DNA of 64,000 nucleotides from Vitrella brassicaformis CCMP3155 (Eukaryota; Protista; Chromerida): the NCBI GenBank assembly GCA_001179505.1, contig CDMY01000246.1, positions 62,001 through 126,000 of the forward strand. Direction: 5' to 3'. Every line of letters starts with the position of its first letter. Position 1 is the stretch's first letter. The translations under genes were made by a program, and so were the position numbers. This document shows positions 11,486 through 25,896 of the stretch, piece by piece. The notes under the pieces were generated by a model. The model had not been told where the DNA came from. It saw only the letters and a program-made list of their open reading frames with translations, and ran no database searches.

Positions 11486-14400
11486 CAGAGAGGCAGGTGA
11501 TATGCACCACCCCCCCACACACCACACCTGGCTGGCTGCCGGTCTCTCTGTCGTTTTGTTCCCCACAACAGACCTGTCTAGAGGTGTGTGTGAAGGGGTG
11601 CGTCCACCCAACCACCGCCCTGTCCTTGACTTGGAAGAATATCTCCAGCTCCGGGGGCAGGTGTGTGGCCTTGGAAGTCCCGTGGCCCCGGGCCTGCTGC
11701 ATCTCGGGGTGGAACGGCATCACCACCACGCCCTCCAGGAAGGGACACCGGTTCACCACCACAAAGGCGTGGGGCGACGCCTCCGCCGGCCGCACCGTCA
11801 CGGTCTTGACGCCACGGTCGGGACTCACCTGCACACAACACATACAGATCGCCATTTGTTCTGCGTCGGTGGGCGGGGGCGTGCCTGACCTCGATGGCCA
11901 GGACGGAGGGAGTTCCCTGTTCGCTGTTGAGTACGGCGAGTGAGGTGCATCCGGTGGTCTCCTCTGAGGCCACAATGGGCCCCGACCACAGGCAGCCGTC
12001 GGGCTTCTCGGGGCGGATCTGGAAGGCCAAAGGCTGCTTCTCGTCAGACCAGTAGATGGGCCGCGTCTCACCGGCCGGCACTGACCAACAAGACGACACA
12101 CACGCCCATTCTCGCCTCGCCCATGTGTGTGTGTTTGTGTGTGCCTGACCGCACCCTCTCACCTGCAATGGTGACGTCGTGTCTGGGGGCGTGTGTGTGG
12201 ACCTGCCTGACGAGCAGCTGTCCGTCGAGCTCGTTGGAGAGCAGCATGAGCGGGACGAGTGTGACGATGCGGCTCATGGCGCCGGCCGTCTCGTTGAGGG
12301 CCACCTTGTCGGCGTGCAGGCAGAACGTGAACGCCTGACCCGCGCCGGAAACGGCCGTCTCGCTGAAGCCCCCCAAAGTGGGGATCTCGGCCACGCACCT
12401 GATTGACGCAGTCGGCACAAACAGGCATATGCTGTGTGTCGCTGTCTTGTGTGTGCGGCGTCTGGCTGACCTGGGTGGTTCCTTCGTGCCGTGTCCTGCC
12501 CGTATCCAATAGCGCTCGGGCAGCAGCAGCTCCACTTGAGGTTTCTGATCCATCAACGTGATGAACATCCGTCCATACATGCACCAGACACACTCGTGGT
12601 GGTGGTGCATTGAGATTCACCCACCTCTGACGGCCCCAACAGGAATATGTTGTTGAAGTCGGGCAGCCGACGACCGCCGAGTGTGGGCTGGATGCCCAAG
12701 CCGGTGCGGTCCACAAACCACCTACACACACACACACACACACACAGGGGGTGGAAGGTCGGGCTTGCTCATGGGTGCAGAGGGCTGGCCGGCCTCACCC
12801 CACCTGGGTGCAGAAATGACGACAGAGTGTTGCCTGGGGTCGATGAGAGCGAGGCTGGCCCCGCCCGAGAGCGCCTTGGGCCCCCTGTACACCTGCAGCT
12901 CCACCGGCGCCTGCAGCTTGGACGGCATCAGCACCTCCTGCACCGGATCCTGCTCACACAACACACACAACACATGACCTCCCCTCCGCCCCTCCCCCCC
13001 TCCCTCCCCCTCTCTCTCTCTCTCTCTCTCCACACCTTTGGCACGTCGGTGATGTCTTCAATGGGTTTTGACCACTCGGCGTCGTCCAGTGCCGAGAACC
13101 GCAAAGCCATGTTGATGGGTGCTTGAGGTGCGGGTGAGACCTCGTAGACGAAAAAGGACGAGTGCGGCACCAAGGTGGCGTTGAAGTTGATGGGCCGCTG
13201 CTGGGCGGGGGCCGCTGCGCTGGTGGTGGTGGTGGTGTTGGTGCGGATCGGCTGCTGCCGGAGGTTGACATCCAGCGTGGTGGGGGTGCCGTTGACACTG
13301 ACACATGGAGAGGGAGGGAGAGAGAGAGAGAGAGTTCAATGGTGGGTGTTGTGCTGTGTTTTGTGTGTGGGAGGCGGCTTACAGTGTGAGAGCGGGGTAG
13401 ATGTGCACGGTGATGAGCTTGATCTCCGCCGGCAGGGGAGACGCCTTCCTGCACTCATCCACACCAACAGCAACACCAACACACACACACAGAGACACAG
13501 AGACACTTCATGAGCTCCTGGCCTTTCCCTCCCCCACCCCTAACTCACGATTCGACATTGATGTGGTAGCTGAGATACATTGTCCTCTTCTCGTACTGAA
13601 TGACCGACGTCTTGATGCTGCTCCTCCCAGCATGCCGCTCAGTGTCGATCAGCTCCGAGAAGGCCGCCCCGCCCGTCAGCTCAGTGCCCGGGCGGAGAGG
13701 GCGGCCTTGCAAAGCCGCCGGACGGAAACACATCATGGCCCTGCGCACACACACACACGCACAGACACACACGAGAGATGCAGCAACGATCAGCGTGCGG
13801 TGTGTTGTACGCTCACCTTGCAGCAGAGAGGCAGCACTCCTCAGGCACGGTGAGGAAGTGCCCGTGCGGCACCACCACGCGCGTCGTGACGGCGGCCTTC
13901 CCACCCGATGAGGAGGGGGGCGGGGGCGGCGGTTGTGCGCTCTCGGGCATCTTGAGCAGCCAGTGGGGCGACGCATTCACCTCTCTGTACTCGCCCGCCT
14001 CGTTCACCGTCGGACTCAGCAGAGTCAGCGGCGCCACCCTCTCCCTCAGTGCCGGGAAAGGCACCACCCTCAGCTGCGGGTCGAGAAAAGCGAATTCCAG
14101 GGGCATGCCCGACCTGTTGTAGACTTTGATAGGGGTGGTGATCATCATCAGCTTGAAGGATGGGTGGGGCGAGAGCACCTCACACAGCGGAGGGGGCGGC
14201 CGGGGGGCCTGGGGCTCGCCCGACAAGCCGGCCGTGTGTGTGTGCGTGTGGGTGTGAGAGGCGGGGGGGCTGACGAGTGAGGGCGGGATGCACACGCAGC
14301 TGTTGCGGGAGAGGGGCACCGGCACCAGCCCGGCTTTGCCCTTGAGCTTCTGTGGGATGACTGAGTCCCATGGCAGCCCCAGGGGCAGGTCGTCGCGGAC

Positions 14401-17400
14401 CGTGCCGGAGAGGAGGTTGTCTTGGGTCTGAACGGGGTCTCGCGTGAGGAGGAGGTCGCGGTGAATGAGCTCCCGCCGCACTCGGGGGAAGGTGCTCTGG
14501 AGCTTGGACACCTCCTCCTCTGGAACGGCCTCGGATATGTACAAGTACCTGAGTGGGACACACACACACACACACAGATTTCCATGACTCCACCTACGGA
14601 TGTGCGTGTGTCTGTGTGTGTGGCTGGGTATCTTACTTGCCGCGGTCTGCTGTGTGTCTGAGTGCCTCGGCAGAGGTGCCCCCCGCCACGAGAGTGTCCA
14701 GCGGGGCCTCCACCACACACGGGGGCAAGCTCAGGCTCATCCCAAACCCTATCCTGTCTCGGTTCTCGGGCTTCTCCTCCATACCCTCACCACCACCACC
14801 ACTTGACGCCGCCCCGGCCGCTTGCTGTTGTGTGCCGGTGGTGGGACCCTCTGACGGCTCCAGGGCGGGGAAGGCCTTGTAGGACCGTGAGGTCAGATTG
14901 ACCCAGCGGAATGCGGCGCTGCGGGCGTACTTGGCCTCCTCGTCCTCTGTCTCCTCCTCGGCCTTGCTCTCGACGGTGGTGCTGGTGAGGTTCTGCAGCA
15001 GATAGGGCACGAACCATATCATCAGCTGGCACAGCTGCGGCGTGACGTTGATCCACAGAGGGGCCGGGCTGCCCAGCTTGACCAGTGTCTTGGGGTTGAA
15101 CCCCTCCCAGGGGTCCTTGGCCTTTTTGGACGCACTGCTGCTGCTGCTGCTCGACGATCCACTCGCCTTGGTGTCCTGCCCCCCGGCTGCTATGGGTGGC
15201 GGGCACCTGCTCTTCGGCACGGCAGCTGGTCTGGTGCCACGGCCCACTGAGTCGAGAGGCGGCGGCTTGTTCTTGTAGTTCTTGTAGACGAGGTTGATGC
15301 GACTGCGCTCTAGGAAAGGCTCCCACTCGCCCACACGTGGGTTGAGGTACTCGATCTTGGTGGCCAGGTCGCTGAGCGAGACGGTCATGGCAGATGGGTC
15401 GAGGACGGTGCGCACCGAACCGATGGCCACGTTGAGGCGGACAACTGGCACCACTGTCGGCCTGCACTCACACACACACGGAGAATGCATGGAAGCAATG
15501 GGTCAATTTGCGTGTATGAGTCACCTCAGATCGTCGAGCAGCGAGCAGTTGGCCCCCTTGACACACACGTCCACCAGCACCATCATGCCCTTGGCCGCGG
15601 CGGCGGTCCCCTCCCCACCCGCCTCCTCCAGCTTACTTCCAGAAGTAGACCGGCCGCTGACGCCGCTGTCGGCCTGTATCACCTGGCCCACCTTTGGGCT
15701 GCCCTCCAGGGGCGACGATGCCGCCTCGGTGTCAGGCATGGGCCCCGCGTCTGCGTAGGCGGCGAGCTTCATCTGTGTGAGGTCGGGGGCCACCGAGGGG
15801 GTGTCGGCCATGATGTTGGAGATGGCCGCCAAGACCAGCGCCAGATCCCGGCTCGACAGACGGACCAAAAACACTGAGAACGGACACAGAGAGATGGTGA
15901 GTGATGGCCTGTCTGTCGTGTGTCTGAATGACCCACATCACCTGGCACGTCGAATGCGAGTCGCACCTCCGCCTCATGGTCCGGGGGGCTGATGTAGGTG
16001 CCCCACCCAAGCAGCTGGAAGTTTTCGCACAGCAGCACCTGACTGCGCGTCTGGAACAGGGTGCTTCCGCGGTCGACGCGCTTGCGGCCGTCCGTTGTGG
16101 CAGTGACGGCGTGGCTGGGGCCGACGCGAGGCTTGGGCGGCATCAGTGTCGGCGAGTGCGGCACCGGCGGCTTCTTCTGCAGCCCCATTGGTGCGTCCTG
16201 CTGGATCTCAAGACGGCTGATGCTGCAGTCTGCACACACACATCCACACAGACAAGTATGTGGTTCTGCGAGTTGGGGAGGGAGGGGAGGGGAGGGGAGG
16301 GGGTGTCTGGCGTACTTGAGAAGGCGATTCGTTCGATGGCGACGGTTTGGTCTTTCATGGATATGGTGACGTTGAGGTCGGTGGACCCCTGGATGAGGGG
16401 CGAGCTGGGGTTGGCGATGTCCGTGTACACCTTGAACTTGCCGTGGCGAACTATCACCTCCACCGACGTCTGCACACACACATCCATCCATCCATCCACA
16501 CACGGGAGGCAGAGATGGTGACCCACACCCCTTCTCCCCCTCTCCCTGACCTCTTTGCTTGGTGGAGGTATCTCGATGTCGAGCACGTCTCGGTCAGGAG
16601 GCGTGATATCCCCTGCCTGCACTGCCTGAGGGCTCACCGGCGGCAGCGGCCCGCGACCCTCATCCGTGTCCGTCTCTGCCTCCGTCTCGACATGCACAAT
16701 CGGCTTAGGGTACATAGCCATGGTGCACAGCGCCCACGCCGAGTTGGCCCACGCCGCGATGTCCAGCATCTCCACCAGCAGCACGTAGATTGTCGGGTTC
16801 TCCAGCACCACCTCCATCGCCAGCCTCTCCTCCCCCTGGCTCAGGACGAAGCGAATCCCAGGCGGCCGCACCACGGGGGCGTCGGTGCTGATGGACATGG
16901 CGTCGAAGTTGGGCGGCTCCATGAAGGACCCACCGAAGCCGGCACGCGCGCGTCGGGGGATGTAGGTGGCGGAGCTGCCGCTGACAGAGGGGGAATCGTC
17001 CTGGTCGGACACGTAGGACGTGCTGCGGCCGCCATCCTGGTCGCCACGTTTGTCGCCGTGATTGGGGGACGAGGCGCTAGTGCTCACGGGGTCATCTGTG
17101 CGTGGCAGAAGAGCAGAGCAGGGGAGAAAATCATACGTGTGGGTGGGTGTTTCCGTGTGTGGTCGGCGTGTTGTGTTGTGTCTTGTGCGTACCGTGGTAG
17201 CACTCGGCGAGCTTCTTGTAGACATTTCGCGTGTCGATCCGCGTGTCGTCAATGTCGAAGGATTGCACAAAGAGACCGAACTGATACGCCATGCCTGACA
17301 CAGGCGACAGAGAGCCATGAGACCCCTTCCCCCCTCCCTCCCTCCCTCCCCGCCCGCTCACTCTGTGCAGTGAGGGTGACATCGCACGAGACCATCAGCT

Positions 17401-20400
17401 GCGTCATGTTCACCGCCGCCAGGGGCGTCACGCGGCCGAAGGACGTCTCCATATCGATGGCAGGGATGCACACCCGCACGCTGACCCTCAGAGGCGGCGG
17501 GGCGTCACTCGACCGCCGTCTGCTCTCGGCCAGGATCTTCTCGGCCTCGCCCGGACTGCCGACGGTACGGGCCTTGTGGATGTGCTCCTCGTCCTCGCGC
17601 GGGAGGGAGTCCTTCCTCTGACCTGGAATGGGGGCGCCCGTGGTGTGCGAGCGGGAGATGGTGGGCTCTGGCGGTTGCGGTGGCTCTGCGGCGGGTGTGA
17701 GTGCGGGCTGTGGGAGGTACCCCCTGCCTGTGAGGTTTTCGTTGACGATGTCGAGTAGGAGGGTGAGCTGGGGGCGGCTGAGCTTCATCCGGAAGCGGGA
17801 GAAGTCTATCGATATCGTCATGGGGTCACCTGATCAACACACAGACACACAGACACGCACACAGAGAGAGGGAGAGAGTGGTCGGCCTGTGTGTGGGTGA
17901 ATGCGTGGGTAGGTGGGGGTGTGGGGTGCATGGTACTTGTGACGAGCTCTAGTTTAGCGTCGACCTTCTCCAGCAGCTTGCCCGCCGCCTCGCCCTCGTC
18001 GCCACCACCAGCACCACCATCGATGCTCGCTCTCGCACTAAAGGGCTGCTTCATGTTCATCTGGATGCCGCCCATCTCCAGGTGCAGGGCGAAATGCGGG
18101 CCGGCCTCTCTCTCGCCCAGGCCGTCCTTGATGTGCCCCCAATCATCTGCCGACCTCTTGACGCGGATGTTGGGCGTGGCCGAGGGGTACACGTACCCGT
18201 TGCGCACCTTGAGGTGGCCCAGGTCGAAGACGGCGTAGGAGCCGACGTCGCTGAGGTCCACAGACCGTTTGAGCACCATGACCACTCGCCGCTTGGACCG
18301 ATTCATGCGCCTGATGCCGGGAATGGGCGAGAGGAGAGAGACACCTCCCTCCGCAGCACCGGGTTGGTCTCGTGCGGCCGCAATGCGTCTTCTGGTCTCC
18401 TGCCGCCTGTCGAGGAAGCTCTTGAGGTCGGGGCCGGCCATGGGGCTGGAGGTGAGGAGGGCCTTGTCCTCGGGCAGATGGAGCAGGGGGCACTCGACAT
18501 TGAAGGCGAAGAGGAAGTAGGAGTGGGAGGCCACCTCCTTCACCGCCTGCAGACAGACATTCAACGCATGAAGACGTGACACAGGCGAGGGAGGGTATTG
18601 GCCGTCCGTGTGTGTCACTGACCTGTGCTGATTTGGTGATGACCACGTTGATGATGCCGTCACTGAGATAAGACAGCAGCTCGCTGCAGTCCTTCTGGTA
18701 ATACAGCACGGACACCTGACCAATCGACCACACACACGCACACACACACACGAGCGAGGTGAGGGTCTCAGCAGCACACACAACAAGAGGCTCTCTGCGG
18801 GCACCGTACCGTGTGCAGCGTACCTGGAATATGTCCCCCTTGATGCAGGTGGTGTATGGCCGCTCCACCCCCTCCCTCTTGCCATAGCACTTGACATCGA
18901 AACGCATCAGCACCGCCTCCTTCTCGTCACGCCGCGGCGCCACAATGCACCTCTCATGGATGTCCACCACACCGCCCCCAATGCTCACGCTGTACCTGCT
19001 GTCCCCCTCGCTCAGCATCTCGCCCGCCACACGGACGTCACGCAGACCCATCCGCGAGAAGACCGCCTTGTCGCGCCAGAAGGACACGTAGGCGCCGTCG
19101 ATCACCACCTCCACCTTGGTGGTCACCTTTGCCGCCTCTGCAGCCGATTTCTCGCTCTCCAGCGGTGGCAGGGGGGCCTCCAGGCTGAGCCCCTCTGCAA
19201 TCCGCCTCTCGGTGTCGGGCGAGATGTCGTCTGTCTTGGTCCACTCGGTGCGAAGGGTCAGGTCTGGTGTGGGGGTCTCGCCGCCCATTCCACCGGGTTG
19301 CTGCTGCTGTTGTTGTGATGTGCGTGGGGTGTACTCCCGACTAAAATGGGGCAGCACGTCTCTCTGGATGAGGTTTGAGGCCTTGCGTGAGATCTGCAGC
19401 GCGCCGGAGGCCTCGAAGTTGGACTTGGTGGTCTCGAAGTCCTCGATGATGTGCGTCTTGAGGCTGTCGATGACGTGCACGACGTTGCTGATGGACTGGC
19501 TGTGCCACTGCACCTCGATGGGCGCCAGCTTCACAAACACGCTCGACACGGGCTTGCTCTGGAACCGGCACAGCAAAGACGCGCCGAGGTCCTCCGCCGC
19601 ATCCACAAAGTCCGCCTCCTCCGCATCCTCCTCTGTGCCCTCCTCTCCTTCCCCCTCTCCCTCTGGCTCCTCTTGCTCTCGCGTGACGAGCATCCGATTG
19701 TCGAGAAACGGGTCCCGCACCTCGGCCTTCTCCAGAGCCACCTCAGCGGAGAAGAACTCCGTCTTGGTGTTGTACTGGCCCTTGAACGACGCACCGTTGG
19801 CCTCCACACGCAGCACCTCCTTCCTCTCCTCCTGGAAGAGGGCGAAGCCCACATGGCGGACGAGAAACGAGGCGGTGATCTGCCGCTCGGGGTGGGCCTC
19901 CGGGGTCCCACTAGGGCCCTCCGTGGGTGGAGGGCCCTCACTATCACCACCACTACCACCACCAACGCCGCCGGCATCGCTTTTCTCGCTCTCTGAAGCG
20001 GCAGACAGAGGGCGACAGATGATTGTTTGTTGGAAAGAAGGGGCTTCTGTTGCGTACCTTTCATGGCTTGTGCCTTGAGTGCGCTGAGCAGGTGCACCGA
20101 CGTGACGGACGATGCCCGTTTCTCACGAGACGCCTGCCGCCCCAGAGGCAGCAGCCCCAGCCCATCAGAGGCGTCAGCGACGGCACTCTCAGGAGCTGCC
20201 GGAAGCGCCTTAGGCTTGTCGAGCCCCCCTGCTCCCTCCTCTTTGGCTTTGGCCTGAGCCTCCTGTTCCTGCTGCCGCTGCCATATGACGAGTGCTGACG
20301 AGAAGGAGGTGGGGACGGCGAGGAGGATGCAGACGGCCTCGGCCCCGACCTCAAAGAAGATGTCGTCGAGAACCAATGACAGATCCACATCCTGCAGGCA

Positions 20401-23400
20401 GGCAGGCAGGCAAGCATGGTGCATGGTGTCCTTCCCTTCCTGGGGGCGGCCTGCACGTCACCTCTCACTGACCTCGAGTTTCTTGAGGTCGAGCCTGACG
20501 TGCACAGGGACGGGCCTGAGGATGGTGTACTCCTCGACCTTGCCGGTCTTGGCGTCCCGCCTGACGCACTTGATCTGGGTGTCGAACAGCTCCATCGTCA
20601 CCGACACGTCCTCGTACGCACACGGGCCGTTGGTCTTGAGCTGGAAGGTACCCAGATGGCCCTCAACCACACCATAGCCACCCGTGTCGACTTGCAGCAC
20701 AGGACCTGATATCAGACCACATACACACACGCACACTCACCATGCACAGCTTCCATCCACCATGATTTTTCTCAATCCTCTCACCGACCTGCCACTGAGA
20801 TGTCGAGTGCGATCCTGTCCGGCACTGTGGCTGTGGTTGCGGCCTGCCTGAACCGGTCGTATCCCTGCTCGACAAAGTCCTCCATCAGGTCGTTCCGGAT
20901 CTGCTGCACTATGTCGGCCTCCTCCGCCTCAGTCAGGCCACCAGCGATGGGCGAGGGGGGCTCACTGGGCGGGAGTTGGGGGCCAGGGGGTGGACCTGCT
21001 GGCTCTTGCTCCTCGGCTGGTGCGGGCGAGGGAGGTGCTTCGCTGCGGGGGAGGGAGGGGGCGGCCGTCGAGTCATCACGCACCTGAATGCATTGGCAAC
21101 ACAACGCAGAAGACGGAGTGTACAGTGGGTGAGTGAATGCACCTCGTCCGTCCACTGACCGTTTCGATTGGCGGCGGTAGCGGCTTTTCCTCTGCTACTG
21201 GTGGTGGTGGTGGTGGCGCTGGTGGTGGTGCCTCAGCTTCGGCGAGTTCCTTGACGGCCTTGGCTGCTCGCTGCGGTACGGCGAAGAAGCTGAGCAGATC
21301 GACCAGCACTGTGGGCTCGATCTTGAACTGAGCCGGCTGACATCTGAGTTGGGCGCTGAGTAGGTTGCCGTCAGGTTGTATCGAGTGGGAGATGCGCATG
21401 TCGGTGGCGACGCGCTCAGCCGACGACCCGGCGCCGTCTTTGATCTCCTCCTCCTCGTGAAAAAACACCACGGGAGCCTTCCGGTGCCTGCATCCACCAC
21501 ACACACACCAGCCGCAAGGCAATCGTCGTCCAGGCATATGACACGCGATGCCATGTGTTTGTGTGTGTGCACGTGTGCGCGCGTACTTGATAGAGAAGTC
21601 GGTCATGGTGGTGGCGAACCTCCACTCGGTGTTGTCCCTGTCGTTGCGGTCCACCTTGGACTGCAGATCCACCGACGCCGAAAAACCACGAACCTCCAAA
21701 CCCAACAACCGGCTCTGACAGACCGAAACACAACACACAACACACAATGCGTCCATCCATCCATCCATCCATCCATCCACGAGTGATACCTCATCAGCCG
21801 CGGCATTAGCAGCGTCCTGTGCAGTGCCCTCCTCGGCCACGGGCGGCAGGGGTGCCGGGGGAGCCCCGCCCTTGATCGACATCCTCCCGCCCCTCATGTG
21901 CTGCGTCTGGTTGGCTCGGGCGTCATCGTGCAGCTCGATGGAGAAGTTGGAGAGCAGGAAGGCCAGGCTGTACTTGGTGGGGATCTCCACCTCCTCGAAG
22001 TTGTTCACATCCTCCACTGCGTCGGTGATTTCTTTGATTTCGTCCGCCGTGAGGACGGGCTCCGACGTCGGCGAGGCACTCGACGCATTGGACGCTTCGG
22101 CCTGAGACAGCAAGGAAGGAATGGCAATCAGACACGCGTGTGTGTGTGGTTGCATCGAGAGCCATGCGCGTGTGGGTGCTGTGGTTGTGTCAGGTGAGGT
22201 CAGCGTACCCCTCTCGCCCACTGCCACCATGTCCGGTTCGCCTTCTGTTCGGCCACTGCGGCCTTCTCCTTCTGCTTGGTGCCCTCCAGGATCCGCTCGG
22301 CCTTCTCGCGACACTGAGCACGCCACTTGGCCAACTGCACACATCCATCCAGACAGTGGTGGTGGTGTGTGTGTCAGTGTGTCAGTGTGTTGTCCTTTCA
22401 TACGTGTCTGACGCCGACGACGTTGTGCAGGGTCTGCAGGCGCCTCTTCTCCCCTTCGCTCAAGGCCACCGAGCCAGCCAGACCTGCAACAACACAACAC
22501 AACACAATACAGCACACCAGCCAGCAATCACACAGCAGGTCTCCCGGGCGACCGTGTCATGACTGCTTGCTGCTTACTGAGCTCGTAGTTGATGTGTTTC
22601 GTGTAGAGGCTGACGAACTCGTCCCGCGTCTCGGTGCGGATGCCGTCGGGGTCCAACCGGACAGTAGGGGCATCGCGGAGAAGCAAACGCCGCTCCCTGA
22701 CCGATGGCGACGCAGAGAGAAAGGATACATCATCAGTGTGTGTGTGTAACCCTCCATCGATCTCACTTGCTCTTCTGAATGGATGCGTCCTGTGCTACGT
22801 CCAGGATGGTGATGAACTGGTCCCGCGATATCGCTATGCCCTGCGCCTCCTTGCCGATCTCCAACCTACAAGACAACACACATCGACACCCACGTTCACA
22901 CACCAGGCATCTCCTCCCTCCCTCCCTCCCCTCTCTCACCTGGCCTGCAGCTCCTTGTCCTTGGGGTCGTGGTGCACCCTCAGCCGCAGATGCAGCGGCT
23001 TCAGCAGATAGTGGTAGCTACACGCCCCTCCCTCGCTCTCAAGTGAAGGCGACGCGCCGGCGTCCAGCTGCGGGGAGGCCTGGGCGGCCGAGGAGGGCGC
23101 GTATGTCTGAACGTAGACGCCGAGCCCCTCGATGCCGGCCTCTTTGTAGAGGGCCGTCACGGACTCGGCCTTGGCGGGCTCCTCCTCGGCCGACTCGATG
23201 GCCTTATTCCAGAAACGATCGGTGCTGCACCACAGAGGACACACAGATCCCTTCATGTGTTGTTTGGGGTGGTGGTTGAGATGTATGTCCCTACTTACCT
23301 GTGAAGGGAGAGTGTCTGCTGCATGAGGCCGATGGTAAACCCCCGTTGCTTGTCGGCGAAGGCCACGTGCACGTCAGTGACGTCGATCTGGATGTTGTTG

Positions 23401-24048
23401 ACAATCTTGTTGAGCAGCCGCAGACCCCACCCGGGCGAGGCGTCCGCTCCGCCATTCTCGCCCCCCTGCTGCTTCTGCGCCTCCAACACATTGACGTACT
23501 GCTGCTCACGCAACTCAACCTGCCAACCAACCAGACACACAAACAGATCGAGCAGCATTGGTGTGCAGTGCATCCACACGATGGCCGGCCGATCCGTTCA
23601 TTAAGCCATTCATGTCCTGCACACCCACCTGGCTGAGTTTGGCGGCCTGCAGTTTGTTGAGAATGTCCTGCTCGGCCTTCTGCTCGAACTGCCGCTGGCT
23701 GACGAAGAGGTGCACGGTGCGAATGGAAATGACGACGGGTTTGGTGTAGAGGGCCCGCCAGGGGATCTTGATCTCGATTGAGTCAATCTGTCCGTGTTCG
23801 ACCTCTAGCGGCAGGTCGAGGATGTCTGTGATCTCGGGCTTGACCTTGAGGCTCGACAGGCTGATGTTGCCGCTCCACACGCCCAGCTTCAGGTGGTCGC
23901 TCGTGATGCCCTCCACATACGGAGCCAGAAACTTGTTGAGCACCTTCAAAGATCAACCCATGCCATGCATCATTCAAATGTTTGTATGGTGCTTGATTGC
24001 ATTCACAAGGCTAGGCTGCCTCACCTTCTCCAAGATGCTCTCAAACAT
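8609..24048 (-). CDS. VPS13: VPS13 family bridge-like lipid transfer protein (many exons)
   Basis: Chorein-N start MFESILEK|VLNKFLAPYVEGITSDHLKLGVWSGNISLSSLKVKPE...IKIPW...LLNKIVNNIQIDVTDVHV (ATG 24048). VAB/SHR-BD-like repeats (e.g. HAFVVVNRCPF, RPIYWSDEKQPLAFQIRP). C-terminal GEGILSVTNIVTKPIEGAQREGLKGFVKGIGKGVMGTLVKPLD, then a PH-like tail ending WSYDD* at 8609. Confidence 0.95.
8736..8813 (-). repeat. Representative intron with 5' (CA)n and 3' (TG)n microsatellites. (CA)n, (TG)n, (ATCC)n, (CAGA)n and (GGGA)n tracts occur in most introns of the window
   Basis: Sense strand: gtcagacactctcagcaacacacacacacacacacatgagcaaaggtgtgagtgtgtgtgtgtgtgtgttgtgtgcag. Confidence 0.9.
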
Positions 24049-24479
24049 TGTCGAGATCTGCTGCTGCTACGTACCGAAGGCGGATGCCGTCATTCTCCGA
24101 AAGCTCGCAATTTCCCGCGAGCTGAGCTTGCAGATCTCCCGCGCGAAGCTGCTAGTGCCTGCAGCGGAGCCGGTGTGGCGACAAAGCAAGAGATCCAGGA
24201 TGACGAACGTCAACAGATGGTAAACCTTGTCCATTATCCTGCATCCAGCCACTGATGTGCATATCTGTGTGCTGTTGTCACTCAGGTCATTCTGTCCATC
24301 CAAGTGCAGGACAAGAAGGAGTCGAGCACCATCCCGCCGCCAATGGCCTCCCCATTTTGTTGACGCCGTCAACCACACTGTAGGGAAGGACACCAGGCTT
24401 GCAGTGACCCGCCAGCGATTGGTGGTACGGAGGTCAAAACGCGGGCATTGCCGTCTGCCATCCTATGGGGAGGTGTGAG

Positions 24480-25240
24480 TGCTGAAGCTGACGAGAGGCG
24501 CCAGCGGCGCAACAGCGAGGGCTGCTGGCAAAGATGGAGCGGTTCAACCACAGAGACGTCATGGAGCTGCTGCGGGCGGAGGGGTCCCCTGAGGCCTTCG
24601 CCAGACCGTAGACATCCTGCAGCAGGTGAGGCGGGCGAGCATGGCACACTCACTCTGGTGTGCGTCCGTGATGAAACTCTGTTTGTCTTGTTCTCTCTCT
24701 TTACAGCTGAATGCCTCTGGCTATGTCTTGATGCAAATCGTCAACGCGACCAAAAGAGGCGATGCGGACCGCCAGCAGCTGACCGGTCGACTGCACCTCT
24801 AGCAAGGGATCCCCGTCGGCCCACTGGTACAGCTGGAGGCCATAAGCCACCGCATTGTGAAATCGGCGGCATTCGGAGGGATGGGGGGAATCGCTGAGCT
24901 GATTGAGGAGCTGTTGAGGCCGACGTGCTCACTGCAGCGTCTCGGCGTCTCTCGTCTGCGTGACGTGTTGAGGGACCACGACTCAGAGGATTGCAATATA
25001 CATGGTGACCCGAAGCGGCACGCGAATGCAGGCCGAATGTGGTTTATTGTACTTCGCTGTGTGTGTGTGTGTGTCAGGAGGGTGTGTGCGGCGACGTCGT
25101 GTGGCGTCTGCTGAAGCATGACGGGAGTGCTGCGAGTGAGGGGATGGTTCCCTGGATCGATGTGTCGGGGCTGACCGACACGCAACGGTTCTGTCGGGTG
25201 ACTGCCTTGCTGACGTATGGCAACAGGGGGTGGATGTCCA
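24480..25240 (+). pseudogene. Possible degenerate gene fragment of unknown family
   Basis: Protein-like stretches (AKMERFNHRDVMELLRAEGSPEAFAR; IAELIEELLRP; GDVVWRLLKHDG...RVTALLTYGN) are broken by stops or frame changes, with a donor-like cag|gtgagg at about 24626. Confidence 0.25.
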
Positions 25241-25896
25241 TGTGTAATTCTTGGCTTTGGGTCGTTGCAGTGTATTCTGGCCGGGCCTGTGCGCGCCCGT
25301 TTGTGAGGTGCTGTGGCTGTGTGCCATTCATTCATTAGTCACTTCTTTGTTGTCAGTCAGTTATGGTGGCAGATGTCGCTCTCACGTCACGTCATCTGAC
25401 CTAGCCGTCCTTCCTGCTGATCGAAATCTGTCTCCCTCTGTGATTGAGTGATAGCAGCGAGTGATCGTGGGACCTGTGGATGAAGACATTCCATGAATTA
25501 AATAAACCCAGCCAGTCAAATTGTATACAGTACACACCATCGAGCATGCACACACGTCAGAAACCGGGCTAGGCTACACTGCTAGCCAGTCAGAACCGGG
25601 TTCAGGTAACCAGTTAGCCACTCATCTCTCTGTCCTCCCACCATTCTACGCACGCCGTCAGGATCATCTGCGGCCCACTAAATCTGACAGGCCCCACACA
25701 CCCGAACAGACACACAGTCAAGATACGTCGTCGGCTGTCGTGTGTGAGATGTCTTCCTTACAGATGTGGCGGTGTCGCCGCGCTCTACAACCAGCCCGCC
25801 GCCATCGAGGCTGAGCAGTCAGACGTGACACAAAAGGCAGTCAGATGTGATGGGTACACTAGGTGGGTGGAACGTGCTCCTTACCTATGAAGGGCC

